DNA of 64,000 nt from Pseudomonadota bacterium (GTDB lineage: Bacteria > Myxococcota > JACRCW01 > JAFGSX01), in NCBI GenBank assembly GCA_043821645.1, contig JBDRCO010000068.1, positions 64,001 through 128,000 of the forward strand, given 5' to 3'. The position numbers and the translations under genes were made by a program. Position 1 is the stretch's first letter; every line of letters starts with the position of its first letter. Of the stretch, positions 22,907 through 30,230 are shown piece after piece. The notes under the pieces were generated by a model. It saw only the letters and a program-made list of their open reading frames with translations. It did no database searches and was not told the DNA's origin.

Positions 22907-23217
22907 ACTGCCCGCACTGCCATCACGCCGACACCAGGGTCGTGGACTCGCGCGAGACCGAGGCGGGCCAGGCCGTGCGCCGGCGTCGCGTGTGCGAGGC
23001 CTGCGAGCAGCGCTTCACCACCTACGAACGCATCGAGGCCCTGGTCCCGGTCACGGTCTCGGCGCGGACGGGTCAGACCTTGCAGCGTGCTGCCGGGCTG
23101 ACCTCGAGGCGAGGCCTGGCGCGGCGGGTGGCCAGCGACGATCCCGGGAATCGGGTCCCCGACTACGGTGAGCTCGACGACACCGTGGGGTCTCCACTGC
23201 CGCCTGGCGAGGCGTGA
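22903..23217 (+). CDS. nrdR: NrdR zinc-ribbon only (ATP-cone absent); truncated or pseudogene
   Basis: [31 protein letters not shown], then about 55 unrelated aa; 104 aa in total; canonical position before ribD. Confidence 0.8.
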   Translation: MNCPHCHHADTRVVDSRETEAGQAVRRRRVCEACEQRFTTYERIEALVPVTVSARTGQTLQRAAGLTSRRGLARRVASDDPGNRVPDYGELDDTVGSPLPPGEA

Positions 23218-23240
23218 GTCGCTGAGGATCGCGCTCGACC

Positions 23241-24368
23241 ATGCCACGCCGTTCCCGAGCCTCGACACCACCCTCCAACGCCCAGGACGAGCGATGGATG
23301 CAGCACGCCATCGCCCAGGCGCGGCGAGGGCTGGGGCGCACGCGGCCAAACCCGGCGGTCGGGGCGGCAGTCGTGCGCGACGGCCGGGTCCTGGGCCTGG
23401 GCTATCACCACGGAGCAGGCTTGCCGCACGCCGAGGTCGAGGCGCTGCGCGTTGCCGTGGGTGACGTCCGGGGTGCCACCATCTACGTCACCCTGGAGCC
23501 CTGCGACCACCACGGGCGCACCGGCCCGTGCACCGAGCGTCTGATCGCGGCCGGCGTCGCGCGGGTGGTCGTTGGCTGCATCGATCCCAATCACCGCGTC
23601 AATCACCGCGGCGTGGCAAAGCTCCGTCGCCACGGCATCCAGGTCGATGTGGGCGTGTGCGAGGACGACTGCCGCGAGCTCATCGCCGGTTACAGCAAGC
23701 ACGTGGTGCAGGGCCTGCCCCTGGTCCTGCTCAAGGCGGCCGTGTCGGTGGATGGGCGCCTGGCCACGCGCACGGGCGATAGCCGCGGCCTGTCCGGGCC
23801 CGAGAGCCAGGCCCACCTGCATCGTCTTCGCGCGCGTTGCGACGCCATCGTCGTGGGCATTGGCACCGTGCTCGCCGACAACCCACGGCTCACACCGCGG
23901 GGCGAGGAGCGCGAGGCCGAGGACGGCAATCCCCTGATCCGGGTCGTGCTCGACACGCAGGCCCGCACCCCCCCGAGCTCGCAGGTGGTGCGCGGGCCGG
24001 GCACCTGCATCGTCGCCGTGGGGAAGGGGGCCGCGGCCTCCAGGCTCCGGCGCCTCGAGCAGGCCGGGGCCGAGATCCTGCGCTGTCCGCTGCGGGGTGG
24101 CCATGTGTCGCTGCGCCACGTGCTGCGCACGCTGGGGCGGCGCGGGCTGATGACCGTGCTGGTCGAGGGTGGCGGCACCGTGCATGGCAGCCTGCTCCGC
24201 CAGGGCCTGGCCGACCGCGTCCTGCTGTACATGACCCCGCGCCTCATCGGTGGCGACGGCGTGCCCGTGCTGGCCGGTCCTGGCCGCCGCCTGATCGCCG
24301 AGACCGGTCTGCAGGAGCCGCGGTGGCAAGCCCTGGGCGAGGACATGCTGCTGACTGCCCGGCTCTAG
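23241..24368 (+). CDS. ribD: Riboflavin biosynthesis deaminase/reductase RibD
   Basis: PNPAVGA, HAEVEA, LEPCDHHGRTGPC, LVEGGG. Confidence 0.96.
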   Translation: MPRRSRASTPPSNAQDERWMQHAIAQARRGLGRTRPNPAVGAAVVRDGRVLGLGYHHGAGLPHAEVEALRVAVGDVRGATIYVTLEPCDHHGRTGPCTERLIAAGVARVVVGCIDPNHRVNHRGVAKLRRHGIQVDVGVCEDDCRELIAGYSKHVVQGLPLVLLKAAVSVDGRLATRTGDSRGLSGPESQAHLHRLRARCDAIVVGIGTVLADNPRLTPRGEEREAEDGNPLIRVVLDTQARTPPSSQVVRGPGTCIVAVGKGAAASRLRRLEQAGAEILRCPLRGGHVSLRHVLRTLGRRGLMTVLVEGGGTVHGSLLRQGLADRVLLYMTPRLIGGDGVPVLAGPGRRLIAETGLQEPRWQALGEDMLLTARL

Positions 24369-24430
24369 GACCTGCGTGCTGGGATTCGGATTCGCCCCGC
24401 AGGCACTGCCGAGCTTTTCAAATCTCAAGT

Positions 24431-24557
24431 TGTGCAATTTCACGGCAGCGATGGTGAGTATTACGACACTGCGCTTCTCCGATTCAAGCGTTTGATTCTA
24501 CATACATTTGCAGAATGACGCGGTTTTTCCCTGCGGAGACTGTTGAATATCTCGACA
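24431..24557. promoter_or_regulatory. Putative bEBP upstream activator sites of promoter 1
   Basis: 17-bp pseudo-palindromes: TGTGCAATTTCACGGCA (24431), TGGTGAGTATTACGACA (24452), TGTTGAATATCTCGACA (24541). Confidence 0.65.
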
Positions 24558-24653
24558 AGCCAGGCCGGGAACCACTGGGGACCAGCCGCCGCGGGGATTC
24601 AATAAACCAATTTTATCTGAAGCATACCTGGATCTACCAGAATTGATCGGTGT

Positions 24654-24669
24654 TGGCCCACCTGTTGCT
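24654..24669 (+). promoter_or_regulatory. sigma54 (-24/-12) promoter 1
   Basis: TGGCCCA-CCTG-TTGCT with exact GG-N10-GC spacing in an AT-rich intergenic region; NtrC-type activator encoded in the same locus. Confidence 0.8.
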
Positions 24670-24708
24670 CAATGAATGGAGCAGAACCGCACGAACAGGG
24701 AGGCCGCC

Positions 24709-24792
24709 ATGGTGCCACTGCTGATGATCTCGACACTCGCAGCCTGCCTCCTCGTCGAACGAATCAGGCGCTCAGCAGACATGTCGACCTAG
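24709..24792 (+). CDS. Putative 27-aa hydrophobic microprotein
   Basis: GGGAGG RBS; MVPLLMISTLAACLLVERIRRSADMST; first ORF after the sigma54 promoter; below the ORF-track cutoff. Confidence 0.5.
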   Translation: MVPLLMISTLAACLLVERIRRSADMST

Positions 24793-24862
24793 CGCACGGA
24801 CGCAGCGCGCGGACGCTGCGAAACGGCGCCAGGGGGGCAGGGTACGAACCCGGAGGTTGCAC

Positions 24863-25411
24863 GTGAAAGCCCCCTTGCTTGCCGTCGTGGACAGGCTCCT
24901 CGTGACCGGCGCCATCGTCATGGCAGCCGTCTTGCCCGCTCTGCTCCTCGCCCAGGTCCCTGCCGATCCGGCCGCAGCAGAGGAGAATGCCCAGGCCGTC
25001 CCCTCGGTCGCGGCTGAACCTACCGCCATCAAGGAGACCATCACCTTCGAGTCGGTGATGGGTCGGGTCGAGTTCGCACACCGCCAGCACGTCGAGGAGT
25101 TCGGCGTCGAGTGCGCGAGCTGCCACCACGAGGTGCGGGCCCGCGAACTCAAGACGCCTCACGATCGCTACCTGCGCAACCTGCCTGTCGACTGTGCGCG
25201 CTGCCACCATGCGGGCGACGCCGCGCACAAGATCCAGGCCTGCAGCAACTGCCACGACGCCGCGGCGAGCATCCCGGGGCCCGACGACCTGCGCATGGGC
25301 GCCCGCGCCGCCGTGCACCTGACCTGCGCGGCCTGCCACGAGTTCGGCCAGGGCTGCGAGGCCAGCCAGAAGTGCATCACCTGTCACGCCGGGCCCAAGA
25401 AGCCCCGCTGA
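24863..25411 (+). CDS. Pentaheme cytochrome c3-like protein
   Basis: FAHRQH plus five CxxCH (CASCH, CARCH, CSNCH, CAACH, CITCH); GGAGG RBS before GTG; N-terminal signal/anchor. Confidence 0.9.
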   Translation: MKAPLLAVVDRLLVTGAIVMAAVLPALLLAQVPADPAAAEENAQAVPSVAAEPTAIKETITFESVMGRVEFAHRQHVEEFGVECASCHHEVRARELKTPHDRYLRNLPVDCARCHHAGDAAHKIQACSNCHDAAASIPGPDDLRMGARAAVHLTCAACHEFGQGCEASQKCITCHAGPKKPR

Positions 25412-25446
25412 CGAGGACCGTGGGGGGAGAAGAGGCGGCGACGATC

Positions 25447-26313
25447 ATGCGACGACGCAGTTTTCTGGGAGCCCTGGGCGCCGCGGGCGCGGCACTGGCG
25501 ACGGGAAAGGCGAGGGGCTCCACCGCAGAACCCACTGCCGCGCGCGAGTTCGTGGGCGTGCTGTGCGACACCACCCGCTGCATCGGCTGCCGCGCGTGCG
25601 AGGTGGCCTGCGCCGAGACCCACGGCCTGCCCGTGCCCGACATCAAGGCGGACGGAGCCCTGGAGACGCCGCGCAAGACCAGCTTCACCCAGCGCACCGT
25701 GGTCAACCGCCACCACACCGACAAGGGCGAGGTCTTCGTCAAGCGGCAGTGCATGCACTGCTGGCAGCCGGCCTGCACCGCGGCCTGTCTCACCAACGCC
25801 ATGCTCAAGACCGAGGATGGGCCGGTAGTCTGGCGCGGCGACAAGTGCATGGGCTGTCGCTACTGCATGGTGTCCTGCCCCTTCGAGATGCCCAAGTACG
25901 AGTACGGCAGCAACAACCCGCGCATCAACAAGTGCGACCTCTGCGTGGACAGGGTGGCCCAGGGCAAGCTGCCCGCCTGCGTCGAGGCCTGCCCCAAGAA
26001 CGCCCTGCAGTTCGGTCGCAAGCGCGACCTCATGGAATCGGCGCACAAGCGCATCTACACCCACCCCGGCAGCTACGTGCGCCACGTCTACGGCGAGAAG
26101 GAAGTGGGGGGCACGGGCTGGCTCTACCTGGCCAGCGTGCCCTTCGATCAGCTCGGCTTCCGCACCGACCTCGGCGACACCCCCTATCCCGAGTACACCA
26201 AGCAGTTCCTGTACGGCGTGCCGGTGGTGTTTTTGGTCGGCCCGACGCTGATGCTGGGGCTGCACCAGCTGACCCGGCGCAGCGACGAGGTGAAGAAGAT
26301 GGAGGGCCAGTGA
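25447..26313 (+). CDS. Tat-exported 4x[4Fe-4S] protein, HybA/HmcB-like
   Basis: MRRRSFLG Tat motif; CIGCRAC, CMHC..PAC, CMGCRYC, CDLC..PACVEACP; YGEKEVGGT; C-terminal TM helix. Confidence 0.93.
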   Translation: MRRRSFLGALGAAGAALATGKARGSTAEPTAAREFVGVLCDTTRCIGCRACEVACAETHGLPVPDIKADGALETPRKTSFTQRTVVNRHHTDKGEVFVKRQCMHCWQPACTAACLTNAMLKTEDGPVVWRGDKCMGCRYCMVSCPFEMPKYEYGSNNPRINKCDLCVDRVAQGKLPACVEACPKNALQFGRKRDLMESAHKRIYTHPGSYVRHVYGEKEVGGTGWLYLASVPFDQLGFRTDLGDTPYPEYTKQFLYGVPVVFLVGPTLMLGLHQLTRRSDEVKKMEGQ

Positions 26314-26314
26314 C

Positions 26315-27538
26315 ATGAGCACCACCTACCAGGGCCGCCCGAGCGACCTGCCGCTGTTCGACTTCCTGCTCGGCGAGCTGAAGCCAAAGGGCAAACTCCT
26401 GACGCCGTTCAACATCATCTCGGTGCCGGTGATGCTGGTGGGCGCGGTGCTCATCGCCATCCGCTTCATCTACGGGCTGGGCTCGGTGACCAACCTGAAC
26501 CAGGAGTTTCCCTGGGGCTTCTGGGTCAGCTTCGACGTCATCACCGGCGTGGCCTTCGCCGGCGGCGCCTACCTGGTCACCTTCGCTGTCTACGTGATGG
26601 GCAAGGAGAAGTACCACCCCATCGTGCGGGCCACGGTGCTCAACGGGTTTCTCGCCTACCTGTTCTACGCCATCGCCCTGACCCTGGACCTGGGCCGGCC
26701 CTGGAACATCGTCAACCCCATCATCGGCAACAGCTTCGGCTACAACAGCATCCTGTTCCTGGTGGCCTGGCACTTCATGCTCTACATGGCGTCGGAGTTC
26801 ATCGAGTTCTCGCCCGCCATCGCCGAGTGGCTCAACCTGAAGAAGGCACAGCGGGTGCTCACGGGCCTGACCCTGGTCACGGTGATCTTCGGCGTCACCC
26901 TGAGCTGCCTGCACCAGTCCGGCGTGGGCGCGCTGTTTTTGCTGGCCAAGTCCAAGATCCACCCGCTGTGGTACAGCGAGTTCATCCCCGTGCTGTTCCT
27001 GGTCTCCAGCGTGGCCTCGGGCGCCTCGGTGATCATCCTCGAGGGCAGCATCAGCCACCGTGTGTTCCGCGGCCAGCTGGGCAAGGACAAGCACGGCAGC
27101 TTTGACCAGATCGTGCTCGGCCTGGGTCGTGGCGCCGCGGTGGCGCTGTTTTTGTACTTCTTCCTCAAAGTCATGGCCTTTGTCCATGGCCACCACTGGG
27201 ACTACATCTTCACCGGCTGGGGCCAGTGGTACATGGTCGAGATGCTGGGCTTCGTGGTGTTGCCCTGCGCGCTGTTCGCCGCCGCCTACAAGCAGCAGGA
27301 TGTGCGCCTGGCCCAGGTCGCGGCGGTGCTGACCCTGATCGGCATCGTGCTCAATCGCCTCAACATCTCGCTCATCGCCTTCAACTGGAACACCGACGCC
27401 ACGTACTTCCCGTCGGTGTACGAGTTCATCGTCACCTTCAGCATCCTGTTTGCCGAGATCTGGGCTTTTCGCTGGGTGGTCCATCGATTGCCCGTGCTGC
27501 GCGAGGGCCCAGATTGGAGCCACAAGGGTTCGCACTGA
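26315..27538 (+). CDS. NrfD/HybB/HmcC-family quinone-interacting membrane subunit
   Basis: GLGSVTNLNQEFPWG, DLGRPW, LHQSGVG, HPLWY; about 10 TM helices. Confidence 0.92.
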   Translation: MSTTYQGRPSDLPLFDFLLGELKPKGKLLTPFNIISVPVMLVGAVLIAIRFIYGLGSVTNLNQEFPWGFWVSFDVITGVAFAGGAYLVTFAVYVMGKEKYHPIVRATVLNGFLAYLFYAIALTLDLGRPWNIVNPIIGNSFGYNSILFLVAWHFMLYMASEFIEFSPAIAEWLNLKKAQRVLTGLTLVTVIFGVTLSCLHQSGVGALFLLAKSKIHPLWYSEFIPVLFLVSSVASGASVIILEGSISHRVFRGQLGKDKHGSFDQIVLGLGRGAAVALFLYFFLKVMAFVHGHHWDYIFTGWGQWYMVEMLGFVVLPCALFAAAYKQQDVRLAQVAAVLTLIGIVLNRLNISLIAFNWNTDATYFPSVYEFIVTFSILFAEIWAFRWVVHRLPVLREGPDWSHKGSH

Positions 27539-27567
27539 AAGGGCCGCCGGGCCCGCGGGAGAGGACC

Positions 27568-28302
27568 ATGGACACCTTCAGCTACGTCAACATCTTTGCG
27601 ACCAAGGGCATCGAGTACCTGCTCGTCATTGGCTTCCTGCTCGTCCTGTTCGCCTTTGTCCGCTACCTGGCGAAACCGGCGCCCGTACAAGCGGTCCGCG
27701 AGGCCGAGCTGCTCAGGCACAAGGGCCAGCTCGGTGTCTTGCCCGACCTGCTGCCGCTGCGGCCGCGACCCGGCGCCTTCGTGGCCTCGGGGCACACCTG
27801 CAACCGCCTGCGCGAGGACGGCTGCCTGGAGGTGAGCCTGGGTGCCCTGGTGCACCACTTACTTGGGGAGATCGAGCGGGTCGAGGTGGTTGCGCCGCAG
27901 CAGGTGCGCGCGGGCGACGTGCTGGCGGTACTGCACCAGGACGGCCGCCGCCTACACGTGCGCGCTCCCGTGGATGGCATCGTCACCGAGGTGCACACCG
28001 AACTCGTCTCGGGCAGCGAAAAGCTGATCTTCGATCCCGAGCACGCGCAGTGGCTGGTGCGCTTGCGGCCCCTGAAGATCACCGATGCTCTGGCGCGCAT
28101 GCACTATGCCGACGAGGCCAGGCACTGGCTGGATGGCGAGCTGCAGCGTCTGCGCGACCTGCTGGCGAGCAATGCCGCGGCATGGGTGGGGGCGCCACTG
28201 GCCCTCGCCGACGGCGGTACGCCGGTGCGCGGACTGGCCGGGCGCATGCCGGTGGAACACTGGCAACAGCTCGAACGCAGCTTCTTCGGCGGTCAGACCT
28301 GA
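27568..28302 (+). CDS. Membrane-anchored GcvH-like protein 1 (no lipoyl Lys)
   Basis: IFATKGIEYLL + TM helix; GHT..; RAPVDGIVTEVH; WLVRL; C-terminal LADGG. Confidence 0.8.
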   Translation: MDTFSYVNIFATKGIEYLLVIGFLLVLFAFVRYLAKPAPVQAVREAELLRHKGQLGVLPDLLPLRPRPGAFVASGHTCNRLREDGCLEVSLGALVHHLLGEIERVEVVAPQQVRAGDVLAVLHQDGRRLHVRAPVDGIVTEVHTELVSGSEKLIFDPEHAQWLVRLRPLKITDALARMHYADEARHWLDGELQRLRDLLASNAAAWVGAPLALADGGTPVRGLAGRMPVEHWQQLERSFFGGQT

Positions 28303-28377
28303 GCTGGTGCGCACCCTGTGACCAGGTTGTGGGCGTCGGCCCAGGCGGGGTTTGCCGCGCAGAAGCCAGAATTGTAC

Positions 28378-28503
28378 TGCCGTGAAATTCAACAATCCGA
28401 CCCAGAAGACGGCAGTGGGTGGCTTTTGAAATTACAGAATAATTACGAAGGACTGAACGCATCGTGCCAATTCAAGGCCAATGGACTGTTGGATTATCCG
28501 ACA
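28378..28503. promoter_or_regulatory. Putative bEBP upstream activator sites of promoter 2
   Basis: TGCCGTGAAATTCAACA (28378) and TGTTGGATTATCCGACA (28487). Confidence 0.65.
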
Positions 28504-28598
28504 AAAGCGAGAGCAAGTCCCCTGAGAGCGAATCCAGGAAATATATAAATTACCTTTAATAACAATACGATGGAATCGGATCCGCAATTCGTGATGGT

Positions 28599-28614
28599 TG
28601 GTGTGATTCTTGAA
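28599..28614 (+). promoter_or_regulatory. sigma54 promoter 2 (-12 variant TTGA)
   Basis: TGGTGTG-ATTC-TTGAA (GG-N10-GA), at nearly the same distance from the upstream sites as promoter 1. Confidence 0.6.
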
Positions 28615-28654
28615 CATACTACTGATTGCGGGACCCTGTCCCAGGAGGTCTGTC

Positions 28655-29371
28655 ATGGTTGCGATCCTGGTCCTGACAACGGTGGTTTTCTTCGTGGCCG
28701 TCGATCTCATCCTGCAGCACCGCAAGCAGGCCCTTGGGCTGGCCTCGGCGGGAGGTGGTCAGGTCGGCGTGGTGGCGGCCCCCACCGGCCTGGCTGAGGA
28801 ACCCCGGCTGATCGTGGCCGAGGGCCATTTCCTGGCCCCCGGGCACACCGCGGTCCGCCTGCTGCCTGACGGCGCCCTGGCCCTGAGCAGCGGCCCGCTG
28901 CCCGCGCACCTGCTGGGCGCGGTCGATCGCATCGAGCTGCCGCTGCCGGGCCGAGTGCAGCGCGGCGATACCCTGGCGGTGCTGCACGGGGCTGGCCGCA
29001 GCCTTCACCTGAGCGCTCCCGTCGACGGCGTGATCGAGGCGGTGAACCGGGAGCTCGCCGCCTACCCGGGCCAGCAGGCGGTGGCGCGAGCGGCCAACAA
29101 CTGGCTGGTGCGGCTGCGCCCCCACGACCTGCAGCAGGCCCTGGCCGGATTGCACTTTGCAGCCGACGCCCAGCGCTGGTTGCAGGGCGAGGTGCAGCGG
29201 CTGCGCGACCTTCTGGCGTCGGTGCAGGGAGGCGTGGGCGAAGCCACGGCCCTGGCGGATGGCGGGCTACCGCGGCGCGGTCTGGCGCGGGAACTCGAAC
29301 CTGAGCGCTGGGCAAAGCTCGAGCAGAGCTTCTTCGCCATCCAGGATGACAGCGCAGATCGTGCGCATTGA
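28655..29371 (+). CDS. Membrane-anchored GcvH-like protein 2 (no lipoyl Lys)
   Basis: AGGAGG RBS; N-terminal TM helix; GHT; SAPVDGVIEAVNREL; WLVRL; LADGG. Confidence 0.82.
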   Translation: MVAILVLTTVVFFVAVDLILQHRKQALGLASAGGGQVGVVAAPTGLAEEPRLIVAEGHFLAPGHTAVRLLPDGALALSSGPLPAHLLGAVDRIELPLPGRVQRGDTLAVLHGAGRSLHLSAPVDGVIEAVNRELAAYPGQQAVARAANNWLVRLRPHDLQQALAGLHFAADAQRWLQGEVQRLRDLLASVQGGVGEATALADGGLPRRGLARELEPERWAKLEQSFFAIQDDSADRAH

Positions 29372-29402
29372 GCAGCGAGATCCGAGCAGGGGAGGCGCGC
29401 GC

Positions 29403-30149
29403 ATGACCGTCCAGGAGAGACCTCCGGCGGGAGGCTGGCTTCGACCAGGGGACAGGCCCTGCGAGTGGATGCGCGCGGGTCTGATGGTCTACAGGTTGTG
29501 CGACCGCGACGGCGACTGCGAATCCTGCCCGCTGGATGCGGCGCTGCGCGGTGGCCGTCTGCCCCGGGACCAGCAAGCCCGGGCAGAGGGCCCGGCTGCA
29601 AGTCCGTGGAGCTTTCCCGACGACAGGCTGTACCATCCGGGCCACCTGTGGGTGTGCGAGCAGCAGCCAGGCGTGCTGCGCTGCGGGGTCGATGCCTTCG
29701 TGGTGATGCTCTGTGCCAGCCCGTCGAGGCTGGTGCTGCCAGCCGCACAGTGTGCCCTGGACGAGGGCAAGGCTGCGGTCTGGATAGGTATGGACAGTGG
29801 ACTGATGGTGCGCCTGCGGGCACCGGTCTCGGGCACGGTGCTGCGCCGCAACCCGTCCCTGCAGCAGCAGCCAACCCTGGTCAGCCAGATGCCTTACGAC
29901 GCGGGCTGGCTGTTCGAGCTCCAGGGGGAACTCGCCGGCCAGGTGCCTGGCCTCCTCGACGCCGTGGCCATGCGCCGCCGTGCCGAGCAGCAGCGCGCTC
30001 AGTTGCTGGAACACCTGCACGAGGAGCTGGCCAGGCAGCACCCCGAACTCAAGCAGATCGCTGCCGACGGAGGAGAGCTGTCGACGGAGATCCTGCACAC
30101 CCTGGACGCCCACGTCCTGACCCGGCTGCTCGACGCGGCGCTGGGCTGA
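29403..30149 (+). CDS. Soluble GcvH-like protein 3 with an N-terminal four-Cys motif
   Basis: CEWMRAG..YRLCDRDGDCESC; YHPGHLWV; RAPVSGTV..NPSL; PYDAGWLF; AADGG. Confidence 0.85.
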   Translation: MTVQERPPAGGWLRPGDRPCEWMRAGLMVYRLCDRDGDCESCPLDAALRGGRLPRDQQARAEGPAASPWSFPDDRLYHPGHLWVCEQQPGVLRCGVDAFVVMLCASPSRLVLPAAQCALDEGKAAVWIGMDSGLMVRLRAPVSGTVLRRNPSLQQQPTLVSQMPYDAGWLFELQGELAGQVPGLLDAVAMRRRAEQQRAQLLEHLHEELARQHPELKQIAADGGELSTEILHTLDAHVLTRLLDAALG

Positions 30150-30230
30150 GCACAGCCACCCTCGCACCTCTCGCCAGGTCACATCGCGAAGGCTAGAGTA
30201 CCGCGGTCACAGACGGACCACGGAGCAGCG

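Noticed and set aside
25447-27538. Hydrogenase-2 operon (hybAB)
   Set aside because: No NiFe large or small subunit and no maturation genes in the window, so gene symbols were withheld.
27568-30149. Calling these genes gcvH or LbpA (glycine cleavage or sHdr sulfur oxidation)
   Set aside because: The lipoyl lysine is absent and there are no gcvP/gcvT, lipoate ligase or hdr-like genes nearby.
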